Of a stretch of DNA of 64,000 nt, positions 39,301 through 54,100 are shown piece by piece. Position 1 is the stretch's first letter. Each line of letters opens with the position of its first letter. The stretch covers positions 63,776,788-63,840,787 of the forward strand of contig CM120640.1 in assembly GCA_051362555.1 (NCBI GenBank). The letters run 5' to 3'. The translations under genes were made by a program, and so were the position numbers. Origin of the DNA: Lingula anatina (Eukaryota > Animalia > Brachiopoda). Below the pieces are notes generated by a model. It was given only the letters and a program-made list of their open reading frames with translations, searched no databases and was not told the origin of the DNA.

Positions 39301-40244
39301 TTTGATGCTGGTCATTACGCAGTATGTTTTAAGACACAATTGATACTAAATACTTAAATCTTAGTTAATCCCTAACAAGCTAGCTAGTAAGGTTGCATAA
39401 GCTGGGGAATAATGTATAATGAGAAGATTTTTGCATAAGGTGATTACCTCAATGGACATCCTGACTTTGAATTAGCAAATGCCACAACTGATAGACGCTT
39501 CTGGCAGTTAAATAGACTATGCAGATCAATGGCGCTCGAATAGATCGATACAGTCTGACGCAAAAGGCGGTCATGGAACAAGTAATGGGAAACGCCAGAG
39601 TTACCCAAGCAATTGAATTCATTCTTCGAAGTTTGTTTGTTATTTGAAGACAACAAACTTAATACATGCTGCTTAGGCAAGAAATATGCTTTAGGACTTA
39701 AGCTTATAATTGGCGCTGAAAGAAGCAGACTAAAAAACTAATAAAAATATATCTTTCCCAAATCGTTCTCCCTCTAATGGATATGCCACGTTGGCTACTT
39801 TTACTTCATGCTTGACAAGTCTTTTTCATAACGTCAATCTAAAGCCGTAAGCTCGGATAATGTATAGATTAATTAATTTATTTATCAGAATTAAAGATGC
39901 CACAGTTCACCTTATTTTCATATTTAAACTCACTGACGAGTCAGTTAATAGAAGAGTGAAGCTAATACCAGGTTAAAACCAGTTACATATACTACAGCGA
40001 TGGTGCTTAACTTGCAACATTAGAAATAAATAGTCTCGTACACAACACAAAGCTGCAACGTCTTCGTATTCCAGGACAAGTTACTAAGCTATATATCCTG
40101 AGCACGCCAACCGTATACCTTACATGAATTGCAAAGAACATATAGAAACATGTAGATGTAAATAAATTTATAAATGGCGTGCGGTTTGTTATCCTATCCA
40201 ACTGCTCACTTCCGATCTGCTTCAATGTTATTTTCTACGTGTCA

Positions 40245-40284
40245 GTGTGTGTGTGTGTATGTGTGTGTGTGTGTGTGTGTGTGT
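40245..40284. repeat. (TG)n microsatellite
   Basis: Direct inspection. Confidence 0.9.
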
Positions 40285-40573
40285 CCTTTTATTATTATAT
40301 GAAATTTTTATTTGAACACACACCTTAAGTATGGAACATTCATTTAATAAAATTTAAGGATCATTTAATGTACGGACTAAATCCCAAGGGTTATTTTGGG
40401 GTTTATTGAGCACACATTTACACCGTTCTAAGTCGAATGTCCTCATGTTTTTGCTTTGGGTTAATTCTATCCCAAAGCAAAAACATCGTTACACAAGGTA
40501 CGCAGAAACTGTCTTACAAAAATGAAAAAATACACACACTCCAAAATCTGTCTTATATGCAGATTGACTTGAA

Positions 40574-40603
40574 CTTGGACATAATGATGTCATTATGTCC
40601 AAG
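40574..40603. mobile_element. 30-bp palindromic micro-element flanked by a 7-bp direct repeat (putative TSD)
   Basis: ACTTGAA | CTTGGACATAATGA-TG-TCATTATGTCCAAG | ACTTGAA. Confidence 0.6.
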
Positions 40604-43600
40604 ACTTGAATAAGGTTAGGTTATCTAGACGTGTTCGTTAAAGTACACAAAATGCTTGTCAAATGAAAATCGTTATCACCTCTAAGAGATTTTTAAAAAA
40701 ATATTTCCGCATACACGAGATTTGATGTTATATTATATACGTTTTTCAGAGGATTGATTTCAAGATAAATAGACCAAATTATCAAATGCGAATTATTCAG
40801 TTTCCTCAAAACCGTTTTTTAAACCTAGTCAAACTTGCAGCATTGGGTCAAAAAAATTTCCAATTTTTATTTATTTTGTTATTACGTTTAGCATATGCAT
40901 GCCGTATATTATTTTAGTACAGATAAAAGACGGTAGATTCAGGTACCCGCCACTACGCGCAAAAGTCACCAAGGATTCTGTTGGCCGCGTTTACCAATAC
41001 TTATATTATAAAGGCAATATTTATATCATAAAGACATATATTATAAACACAAGAGAGACATTTGACCACCTACGTTAACTGTCAAATAGGTAGGACAATT
41101 ATCTACCCCTTTTAATAACAATTTACTTTTCTACGAGCACATGTATGAATTGGAGAAGACGATAAATCTTTGATGTTATTTTTAGTCATTTAAGTCAGGA
41201 AATAACCGAGGTGTATGTCAAAAGGATGGCAAAAAAAAGCTGTCAGTCTAGATTATGCCTTTGAACTTCAAAAGTTGTTTGGTCCACTTTGTGTTTTGCG
41301 CTGTACAAAAAATGAAACAATTAAAAACCAGGAGTCAAACATACAAGGTGACTAAGACATACAACTGTAGGTGACATTGGTGACTGAGACATGCGGCGAA
41401 GACTCGTCCTGTAAACTCAAGACAGTATCTGGGTTGAAATGTAAAATTCAAAGGGGAAGAGATGGCATACGACATAATTTTCAATTCGTTAGTTTTAACA
41501 GGAGTAATTTACTTATGAGTAACGCGAAACGATAACCTCCAGGAGCTATGAAAATAACTTATCTATAAAACGATATTTCATTCTAGACTTTTGTAGGCTC
41601 TTGCTTTAAATAAGCTTTCCTCTCATTTACTTCTTATTTTCTAGCTCGAATGCTGCATAAAGATATTACGGGATCGGAAGGAAGTCTTAAACAATTGCAA
41701 TATACGGAGCAAGTATGTTGTCATTGTTCTGTACTGCTTTAGAACATGGCGCGTATACTGTGAGACATGCGATGCATGTGTTATCTGCAAAACACCGGTA
41801 AATTATTGACATGCAAAAGATTAGATGGGAGTATTTAATACGTGTGCTCTCCTATATGTACTGACTCACAGCAGCATTCCTCGGGGCTGACATGCACCAA
41901 ATACGGATTACAAACAAGATTGATCATTTGGCTGATTTCACTTGTTTTGGGCTCGTTTTTCACTCTCTTTAAAAAAAGGAAAAATAATAAATAACATTTT
42001 TAAAGATAAAAAACATTCATGTATGCAAGGAAAGTGTCATACTTTAGCAGAACTAACACACTGTCCTCTTCTTCAGATTAAAAGACAATGTGTCATTTAA
42101 GTATTCACCGCACTAAAAACACAAGGGTAATGATATGGAAGTGCTGAACTGTCTTTATATGAAAATCAGCTCAGAAACTAAATTTGACCATAACCGTTAT
42201 AGCATTTTCAACAACAAAAAGGGGCCCTGCTTTGTTTTTGACATTCAGTGGTTTAATGTGGTCATTTTTAATTAACACTTTGACACGATGGTCAAATAAC
42301 AGTGTAGAGTGATAAATGCTGAAGAAGGGTAATATAATTTTGAATTTTTAAAGCCTCTTTAAACGTTTGTTTACTTTTTGCAATGAGCAATTTGTCACGT
42401 AGTTATTGTAAATCCAAGTTGTATAGCCATTCATAGACAGTGAACAATAACATAACCTTATATACCACACTTAATATATTAGATCAAAACATTTTTGCTG
42501 TTTATCTGTGCAAGGTTAAGTTTTTGTCGGTTAGATATTTTTTCTTTGGAATATTGACAAGCATATTTACTAGAGTATAAGGGTGAGATGGCCTTTAACC
42601 GAAGTATAATTACAAATGACAGACAAACTACATGTAGTTACACACATGAATAGAAAAGTTTGTCTTTTGCTGCGGGTAGCTATTGCTGTCTTACCTGCGA
42701 CTTACAATCACATCAAACTGACGTACATCAGAACTAAGTGCAATTGTTCAAAAATTCTCAATATGAACAGATAATACATGTACCTAAATTAAGTGTACAG
42801 GTGTATGGATTAATAAAAATGAGACATAAATCCTTTCTAACTGATCTTTAGCCGTCTAATTTTTTTCTGAAAGTATCTTTTTATGTTGTAAACAGTTTAC
42901 GGATTTTGGCTCTAAATGAATGTTCTTTTTGCAATCAAAAAATTCTTCAGAATGATTGCCAAATAATAAATGTCGACATGGACATTGCATAGTTTGTTAC
43001 GGGTGCCAAAGCCTTGGTTTCATTTCTAAGTTTTAAAATTATGGCATTCAATTACATTTTAACTTTTAACTGTACATTTAAAGATACATATAAAGCAAGC
43101 GTGGATTTCAAGTAGTTTCTCATACGACTAAAATAAAGTCGACATACCAAATTTATCTCTCGTTTAGCTAAAAATAGCTATAAAGTTGCATCTTTTCCAA
43201 AATATTTGTCGTAGTTTGACCTATTTATCCGACCCTACAGTTCATAAATTCCCGCTAAATCACGTAGTACTGCGGTCGCGCATTGCATAATTATCACTCT
43301 CACTCCCAAGTATGGATGTTAGGCTGCACGCGCATTTGCATATACTTTTTCAAAGGAGACTGCTGATATTTTAAGATAAGAACGAAAGCAGAAAAATCCA
43401 TTCATATATCACATTTTGGGAAATATGAAACGAAGTCCTTATTTTAATCTATATGGTGGCTTTTGGTAGGGATTTGTGGCAAAATCTGACAGAGATCATT
43501 AGGTAGTTTAGATATTTTCAAGAGTTTCATGCAAATGTTTTACATTTACATTTAACGGAAATATTTTACATTAAAGCTATTTAAACTTTATAAGGAGGGC

Positions 43601-46600
43601 TGGTTGAGTATCATGTGTCTCTAACACATATGAAATAGCAAATATATTGTACCGCCTTCATGCTTTTTATGACCGGGACACACATGAGAATAAGAAGAAA
43701 TAGGAAGCGACTTCCTAAATCTCTGATCGGAGTTACTACCTAATCATCTCCCATAAAAAAGAGAGAAAATCCAGTGCCATTGTTTGGTTCGTTATGTAAG
43801 ATATGTATACCTTGTACATGCTTATACCCTCTTTACCAAATACATGAGGGGAAAACCCAGAGGAGATACCGTGTCGCTGTACAGGTGTGCTTGTTAAAAA
43901 AAAACATAATCAGACATTTTTACCATTACAAATGTATGACACAGTCACAAGGTGTGTATTATGTGCAGTGTCAAACTGTTGCCAAAGTACATAGCAATAT
44001 ATATAATTATATATATATATATGTATATATTTCAGTAAAGGCAGCGTGAAATTGTTTTGTCACAAGTGATCACACACTTTACTTCTGCCCTTTATCATGT
44101 GTCGCCTTCCATGCCATTTATCGGAAAAGCAATTTTCATAGAGACATTCACAGCTATGCTTTTTGCGTAATGAAAACTATATTCGAAAATTTCGCTCTTC
44201 ATAATATACCAGTATGACGTGCATTGTGTCATTTACATAGTTTTGTATCGAACGCAATTACATGTATCTAGAGTGAGAACCGCGACGGGCCATAACATGA
44301 AACGCCAGCTTTTGAGCCAAACTGGAAAACGGCAATTTATTGATGTATATCACTCTTAGCCAAGTTGTATGTACCAAAAATTCAACAATATATGTATAGA
44401 AACATTTTTGCGATTTTTCTCTTACCTGTTACTAGCAATAAATCGCACGCTTTATTTCTGAAAACACGTTAACCTCAGATTTTAAACTGTGATCGATGCA
44501 GTTTATACAAAACGGAAACCGAATATCTTTGAAACATAACGCATAACCACCATGACCTTTCACATAAAGCGTATCCACAAGGTTTGTGTTGAACACAGTT
44601 TATAACGCATATGTCACATACCTGGTCACTGTTTCTCTAATTCTGCATACCATGAGTCTAATTCTTCCTGCCACCCCTGTAACGTAGTCTTCGGCATGAC
44701 AACTGGTATCAACTACTACTGCCATACGCGCACACGCTTCATACGAAGAGTTTGGTCTGCCAGCAGCCAATAAACCAATCTTCTCATAATCATGCTTGGC
44801 TGACTCGCTGCACGTCATGGATTGGATTGCGGCATTAAAATGGCTCATTCTGTAGGGCGTTCATTTCAACTGTCGTTCTCTGAGCTTAGAAAGCCTCGGG
44901 CGGCCTTGAACAGGGATACTTTACCAGCGACTCAAGCTTGTCATAAATAGTGGCGATTAGTATGATCGGTGGGTCGGAATCAGGATGTCGGTTTGAATAA
45001 TATGTGCCAATATATGCAAAGCGCTCTGCCAGCTAGAAGCTAGAGGCAGCATCGACGGCAACAGCAGCAGTAGAGCAGCAATTCAATTAGGGGGAAGATC
45101 AGGTGCAGAGCCGCCGCTAACATTTATGAGCCATGGTACCATGGGATTGCTAATATGCATCCCAGTAATATCATCATGTTAATGAACACGCATGGTATAT
45201 CATCAAACTGCGCATTCACGGACCACCCGGCCATTTGCAAAAATGTCAACCAGGACATTAAACGCAATATTTTTGGTCAATATTCCAATATTAGTTTACG
45301 TCAAATAGGGCCGTCGTATTGATAGATAGATATATTCATCCTGCTCTGCGACGACGAACTTCTTCAGTAGTTGCTATCGATTCATGACGTTGAGTATGGT
45401 AATAGAATTCCGCTGTATTGTTTATTGCAATGATGCTGTGAGTTCCCTGAGCGATTATCATGCAACAAGAGTTAAATTATAAATGTACACAAGGATACGA
45501 GTGGCAGCAAATCGTCCACGCGTTATGCAATATAAGCAAGTTAATATTGAAACGTAAGGGGCTTAATGAATTGATGCTGTGTCAGAGACACAGAGATGGC
45601 ATGTCTGATAGATATGATTTTCATTCCTACATATGCATGACCAATACAGATGGTTCAACCATACACACAGCATGAACATGCTTCTATTCAGGCCACGCCA
45701 ATCCAATCTTCAACACTTTCATGACACTTTCATAATGAAACAGATGAACATTAAACCACCTTCATTGTTGCCCAATCACATGTTTAACCTTGGATTCGAT
45801 CGTTTGGTATAGTCTCCCGAAAATTTGTCAAAAATTTGTACAGCGGAATTAGCAAGCACTTTCAGAAGACACTTAAGATAATCAGACCTTGCCATTGGCT
45901 TTGTATGCACTAGCCTGAATTTAGACTCAGGGGCTGTCTGCCTGCAAATGTTATCACTTAATGTCAATAAATACAACCCGGAGGGGAAAGCAAATGTTTC
46001 TAAAGCACAAAATCAAGTGAGCCTCCTGGTAATGCTCAAGCAGTGCACACTTAGCGATCCTAAGCCAATTTGGAGAAGGGAAACTGCAATTTAACTCCAA
46101 AATACGCCCGTGACGTCATCAATTGGTGATAGAAAGTGTGCAATTCTTTAAGTACTAAATCTTGTCAGGATTTTGTCATTTCATTTAATTTTGCATAAAG
46201 AGGAAATGTTACCTTTAAGGTAACGATTAAGTGAGTCAGTTCCCCTGTTTTGGTAAAAGAAACATTATAAACCTAATGTGGGTATCAGCTCCATATATAG
46301 TCATAAGATGAATTTTAACGATCCAATGGATGGCATTTATAAGAAGTCATTATGGATCTGGAATGGCCATACAATCTTAACAGCGCAATAGCAAAAGGCC
46401 GTTTGATAAAATGTATGAAAGCACTTACTATATTTACTTTGATATCGCAAAATATACAGTTAATTAAGATATGTTCATATTTTGAAATCCATCGACTCTA
46501 AAATAAGATTACTTGCGATTTTCATGTACGATTCAAAATTGACCAATTGCACCATCAGATTTATGTTATCAAAGGAGTATATGGTGCAATTTGGGTATTT

Positions 46601-49600
46601 TGCAGTGCTTCATTGAGACTCACAAAATATCTTTCTCCTTTTTTTGGAACAGGTCTGCTATTTCACCTCCATCCACCGATGTTACGCAGGAGCACTGTCG
46701 TCTCTATGATCGGCTCCAACTATTGAATTATATGATATTCACTTAATTTAAGATGTCGCCATTAATATCAAAACCGATTCAAGAACATGCAGCTGATGTA
46801 GCCAGTGTAATTAGAAGACAAAATACAGCGAGCCGGTTGAATACAGTAGCACTCTCATCCTCTGCCACTGCTATCAGAAAGATAAGATTTTGTTCGTACT
46901 GTCTTTTTAAATGAAACAGCTTAGACGAGATAAATTGTATCGGCGTCTTCGTGTGAGAAGATCTATAAAATATAAATAATCGAAAAGGGGAATCGGATAG
47001 CGAGAACTTGAAAAAAAGTGCCTAAAGAAAGTTGTGATTGATATGTATTATATAACTTGATCTTCTTTACTTAATGAAATGAAATTCCATCGGTAGTTAA
47101 AAAAAATCATCAAAAACATCAGCGAGGTGCAAGAAACTATTCTGACCAAAAAAACTTTTAACTTAACTTCCAAAAAAAAAAAAAAAAAAAACGTGAGTAG
47201 AGTGAGTAGAGAAGATCAAGTTAGGATTTGGAGGTTATGGAGAAATGAGCACAACACCGATGCAATAGTGTTTAATGAAAGTATTTCACACACCTTGTTT
47301 GTCTATTGTACCAGAATCTTATGTTTTATAATTGAACAAACTAGAAATCTATCTTCGACATCGTGTACTGCCTGTATCAGCGAATCAAAATGTCACGATC
47401 TCGATGTTTATAATGTAATTCCTTTTTAAAAACGAAGGGGTCGAGGACAAGAGGGCCTTCATTTCATCATATTATTTTTGTACTTAACGGAATGAAATTT
47501 AATGCATAACTTTATGAGCAAACAAAGACATGGCAGAGCATAACATTTTATGTGGTGTCCACTCTGTACCAGAGACATGTGTAGGCTTGCCAAAACACAT
47601 TTGACCTGTACTTTTGTCGACTTCAGAGTTTCAATTCAGTCACAGACAGATAATGGATGATAAAAGCATATAAAACACCTCCCTCTAAAAAACACGCACT
47701 TTCAGCTTAACTCAAGAATTGCGTTCCAACCGATTCAAACGCTGAGAAGGATTGTTTAGGTTAATATATTTGATCGCAAAAGTAGAAGTAAGTAAGAAGA
47801 AATGTCTGTGCTGGACCAATGGTGCAAACCATCGATTTTTGCCTACGTGATGTGATAGAATCAGTAGCCTGATCGCTTCAAAAGTGAATTCAGTTTGTTG
47901 CCAAATGAAGTGCCAGTTTCAGGGAACCCAGAAAATGCAGACTACAAAAGTACGTCGTTAACCATGGTGCCCCAATATATTTTCTATCTGTGAACAGCTG
48001 CTAAGTCGTAATTTATAATGTCTTATAAAATTTGCATTTGTTTTGTGTTTGCCGCATTTTACAATTTGTAATTAATACCATTTCCATGAAGAATCCACTA
48101 ACATTAGGTTTTGAAAATAAATAAATAAATAAATAATTGCGTGATTAAACACCATGCGTTTGCAGACAACCTAAAGTTAGCCTAAACTCCTTTGGTTCTA
48201 CATAAAATAGAACTAAATATTATATAGATTTATTAACACAAAGAAGGAGCAGACAGCTATATTAAACGTGAAGACAACAAAGCACTTGACTCGTATTCCC
48301 GTGGTCAATTTGAACAAAGAGAATCGAGTCAGATCCGACTGCGAAGGGACAGCAAAGCACCATGTCCTTTTTTCTCGACTGGTCAATTTTCTTCAATTCC
48401 GTCAAAGGGAAACAACACTGTCATGTCGCACCACAGTATAGATACAGTATAGATTGAATACCAATGAAAGGCTACGGGTCAGTCACGATTCTGAAATAGT
48501 GTGATTAATCTATTCATAAGTTGCATTCCATGTCACCTTGATCTTAATTAACAAGATACAAAGTTTTAATTACTCCCCGACACGGGCCATCTCTCGCTGG
48601 CTAATTACTATGCAGGTCTTAAGGGAATGTGACAATTATTTCCTCTGTAGCTAAAAGCACTGTGATTAATCACAGTGGTCTGGAACGTGGATAGTGATAA
48701 CCAATATAAATGAATTTACAAAAATCAAATCAGACAAAGTCGACTACAAACTGATCATCTTAAAGGAGTTTCAATGGACAATTAAGACTCAAACAAAGCC
48801 AGGATGAAAGGATAATATCTTGGGGCTTTTTTACCTCTTAAAAGTTAATTAATTTAAGTTAGTTCCACATGCCACACGAGGTAATGCTCTCATATTTTTA
48901 AGATACGGAGAATTGGATTAACGAAATACAACCATGGTAATTCGTATATATGCGACCATCTCTTGACGGTAGGTAAGACGCTCTGCTGTGGTTAGGGTTC
49001 CCTTGGGCACACTGCCATTTCACTCTCACGTGATTTATCTCTAAGACAATGCAACTACCCCATACTTAGGAACTGATAATGCAATCTCCCCATAACGTGG
49101 AGAAACAACGGGTGGCTTTTGTAATTGGATTTTTGCTAATTTTCAACATTTCAAGAAGGAACCGCAGTAACTTATTTTTGGAACTTTATATAATCACTTT
49201 ATGAATTTGAATTTTGGTATCCGTACATTTAATAAAAACAAATTCCAAGTATCCAATCGCACTCTTCAACAGTGCCATAGAGAACTAAATATTCTTCTAT
49301 GTATGCCTTTTTACAAAAGAAAATCATTGTCCACTTCAAAAGCCTTTCTCACTTGAATATGGCCATTGATATCGCCTGAAAATACTAAACTCATTAGACA
49401 TGTAATATGAACGTTGTTTAAGATATAGGATTCATTTCCTTTGATTATTTACAACTGTTTTATGTATTTGTGCCTCATGTTGAGAAGTGAACATTGCTTC
49501 AACGTGTATATCGTTAGATGTATTTTCTAAAGTGAATTCGTTCTGCATGGAGTCTTATCAACACTGTAGCAAAAGAAGACACTGAAGATTGCACTGGCAC

Positions 49601-50906
49601 ATAATACTAGTTGACGGCCCGATGTTAGATTGATAGATCACCTCTTTGGCGTGTGTTTTTTATGATATTAGCTGAAAAGCAAGAGGCATTGCGTATTTGA
49701 AAAGCTGGTGGCCATTTATCTTGTCATATACTTAGCACGTACAAGTATAATAAAACGAAACCCCACCACAGGCGTTTGGTAGCACATATACATTATTGAG
49801 CGTACAGAACCTTTGCTTCTTTATTTGACGCGACATTGGCTATCGTTAGAGCAATACATAGGTCTTATCAAAGACGCATCCAAGTTCAAAGCTTCTCGAC
49901 TTTATCGCTGAATAAAATGTTCGGAAATATAATATCCTTCACAAGCAGAGTCTTCCTTTATTTCACTATGTGATGGGATTGGAAAAGCTATTAGATCGCG
50001 TCCCATGCGTGCTGCCTGGCGTTCTGCAATGGCCAGTCACTTTCAAGTAATTAACGCCATCGCCTGAATGCGACTTTGATTAATCAGTTTCAATTGTGGC
50101 CAGTGCGTTAATAAATTCATACTCAATCTGCAACGCGCAAGTCGTTTCCCTGTGGCGCGTCCTGCACTTATTAATGGCATCACGCTGTCATTAGAATATA
50201 TTCGTCATCGGTCAATGCATCAGTTGTTTTAACATTATTGAACAAAACATTGCGCTAGTTGTGACCGTGTCGCAATCAGAAAGGAATGCGCCACTTTTCA
50301 TGAAACCAGTGTCCCACGTGTGCTTTTTATTAAGAAGATCTCTTTGAAAAAACATTAAAAATTATGGTATAACAAAACAGGATATAAAGATGTATTAAAA
50401 CAGTTTTAAATAATAATTCTTAAAATCTGTGTAACAACGTTTGAAGACTGAGTTGGCCTTCACAGTCATTTTAGTTGATGGTCAAAGTGCTACAGTCTTC
50501 ACTGCTTTCTGAATTGAAACACGTTTACAGCCTGGTACACATTAAATGTTGACAACAACTATCACTCCGCTCAAATTAAGCAAATAATATTAACTGAAGC
50601 ATATATATAAACAGCTTTTATCATTGCACTGATTAAAGACATGTACTAGCATCCCCTTTGTTCTCTATCACAGATATGCAGCTGTCGTTCGACATTTTTT
50701 GGTTTTTGTTCTAATACAAGATACCAATTATTATATAGATAGACATAAAATATGGAAAACAATCCGGGGCACTAGTCATGAAGGGCAGTTTTAAAACATG
50801 TGTTGCATGATATGCACTTGCCACTGTAATATCAACTTTTGCCCAAAAGTCTAAAAACAGTGAAAGCAAATGGGTTAAACGATGCCGTCCTACATGTGGA
50901 ATCCAG

Positions 50907-51087
50907 TCAAGAAGTTTGACCTGTTGCTGAAAGAGGGCTATCGTCTTGTTTCTCGAGGGTGGAGAGTTTTCTGGTTTTCCCTGGTTGTTGCTTCGAAGGT
51001 GGCGGTTTGGGAGGCTTTTGTGTTCGGTTTTGTATCAGCTTCTTTCTGAATTGTTTTTCTTCTTCGAACAATAAGCTAAAAGTAGAC

Positions 51088-51146
<59 letters not shown>

Positions 51147-54100
51147 ATCTGTACGTCAGTTTTTCTCTATAGTGTGAAAGACATTTGAAAGAACCAGTGA
51201 AATTAATAACATTTCGTGTGGATTTTTGCCCAATGCGATATACTGATTGGATTTTAGTAACATTTAGAAAAATATTTGATACAGAGTAAACTGATGGTAA
51301 CCGTGACTTACACTAGATCGACTGTCTCATTCTTGGCCTCTATCTTATCAACTATTTGTTCCACCCCGCCTGATAACAAAGGGATGTTGATGCTCTGGAA
51401 TAAAACATGGATCAATTTAAGGCAAGTTGAAAGATTGAACAATGAAGACACTTTAGATCACCCTACGTTTTTTTTAGTTAATCGAAGAGAATCCATCATG
51501 TCACAACAAGCATATTCTCCCACATGATTTTATAAGTACCCCGGTATGTACTTTTTTCGATGAGGCTAATTAGTGCTGATCAATAAGTGAGACACAACAT
51601 AAGTCATGCTTACCGAAATCCCGTCTCGGAACTGTTGTTTGGTGACGTAAAGGTGGTCCCGTTTTCCCGTATCAAATCGTTTGTACAGATCAATAACCCT
51701 CATCCCCTGCTTCGATAAGTGAGTGAAGAAGATTTTCAGGGGGTTCGCCGTCATTTCATTATTTCTCTTTGGCTTCTGTTTACTACTGCGTCCCAGTATA
51801 ACAGCACCGTGTCTCACTTTCAAACCCCGGTCTTGGTGCAAGTGCGTGGCAAGAGCTTGGAAATTAACGGAAACTGGTATATCCTAGAACAAGTAAGATG
51901 GAACGTGTTAATCCTGAAAAACTTTTAAAAAGCAATAGTGGAAACTACAGAGCCATTGTTACAGCACATTAAATCCACATACATTTTATTAGAAACAAAC
52001 AAACATACGAAAATAAAGATTTACAAAATGCAGTTTGAAATAGGCGCATTGTCCACGGCACGTTTTAAATATTTCTCTACATTTAAATCCAATGAGCGCC
52101 TTCGTATGTAAGAACAGCTGTTGCACACTGGGGTCCTATACTACCTTGAAATCGAGTTCTCGGAGAGGCATGTCAGACACCCGTGCCATCTGCAGCAACG
52201 AAAACGCCATTTCACTACTAAATGGGTTGGCTCCAATCTGAAAGTTACACATCCATGTAAGGGGATAACGCAATATACATGCATGTAGGTGTGCATGTCC
52301 TTGTTTTGATTTTTACACCACTCAATATAAAACAGTTAATCCAAATGTGTGTTTAGCTCTAATAATGTATTTCATTTCATATGATAATAATACTGGTGGT
52401 AGACAACTCCACTATTGCCTTCCACCTGCTGCATCCAAATAGGGCGTCTACAAATTACGGTACATTCTTTTTTTTTTTTTTTTAAGATAAAGTAGGGATT
52501 AACCATCACTGAAAAGCACAAGGTAAAAAATGGTACCAGTACACGTATGACCAGTATCAAACGTAATGTAATAAAAAAGACTTACCTTTAAGACTTGCAA
52601 GCAATCATTATGTTGTAGACCTTTGAGTAAAACTCCCATATCTTCGGTTGACAGGCGGTTGTTGGCAACATCTAGGTGCTCCAATGTCCTGTTTGAAGCT
52701 ATCGCATGCGCAAGGTACTGTCCTCCTTCCCTACCAAGACCATTCCAGGAGAGGTTTAACTTGCGAAGGCCTACGTTTTCCTAAGGCATGGAAAATTGTA
52801 TAGTGATTCATTTTGAGTTATCATTTTGAAAATTACAATGAAGTAGGATGATAACCAAATCATATTAAACAACATTCTTATTGGGGATATTTCTCTGGTC
52901 ATTTTGTGATACATGTACTCGTGTTTAGACTTATTATTAGTTAGTCGTATCATATTAAAAGTAAATCACATCTTGGGGCCTTATTCAATATCCGTCGGAA
53001 ATATACAGAAACAAATAAAGGCCTCTTTCAAGATCAGCGGTAAAATTACAGCTGATATCCAACGAATTCACGATGAAGTAGAACTAAGTGGGGAAATCAC
53101 GCTGGCAGTCCAAATGATCATTTGATTGACATGATTTGTGTAATGTTTTGCTATTCACTGTTGTTTGCATTAGGAATAAATAAATTGATTTTCGATTTGG
53201 AAAATATGCAAAGCTCTCAGGGCAGTCTTTGTTAGGGTAGGAGTTGCAGATACTGCAGTTAATCGTATTTTAATCTCTCCAAATCTTTTAAAAACATACC
53301 TGCAATCCTCTACATATTCCAACACCACCCTTTCCTCGTAAATGATTCCAACTTAAATCCAACGTCTGCAGCTTATCGTTTAGAGCTGTAAGAAGTGCCA
53401 AAATAATCGCATCAGCTTTATTCAAACATGAACAAATCAGTGAACTGGGAAGAACGTACAGTAATCTTGCAAATATTTGTGCGCTAGTCATTTGATTCAA
53501 GTCCCAATTTACGTAGTGTGAAATTGAACACTGAAATAAATTACATTTGCACCTGCATCCGTTTAAAATTTTCATGGGCTTTTATAAACATTAGCGTTAT
53601 TTAAATTTGTTCTTAAGCCTATATAAAGTAAAATTTATTTAAGTGAATAAACATAATATACTGGCATTAAAAAAATCAATTAACAGAAGAATACAAGAGG
53701 GATGCTTACCAATAGCCTTGCCTATTGTTATGCCGCCTTGTTCTCTAAACTGATTGTTTGATATGTTAAGTTCTTGGAGCGTACATTTACCCTACAAAGT
53801 GGAGAACAGAGCATCAGGCAACATCAAAATCAATAAAAGAACTTAATAAAGAAATCAGAAAACTTCTTTCATTAAATTACTTACCCTCTGCTCCATATTG
53901 CCAATATGTTAACATAAAAAAGAGAAGGAGAAATAGAAAAAGAATGAAGAGGGGACAGGACAAGAAGAGCAATGAAAGTATGATGAACATAACAAAAATG
54001 GCAAGAAAGGATAATAAGTTGTAGAGTGTGAAAATAATGCTCATGACTTTACCAAAGTCGTTCTACATGTAAGAGAAAAATGATATTTGTACGTACAAAT

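Noticed and set aside
11233-50900. Idea that the bHLH gene and mir-124 are nested in a giant ANKRD66 intron
   Set aside because: A phase-compatible terminal exon with a stop codon exists at 11459-11558.
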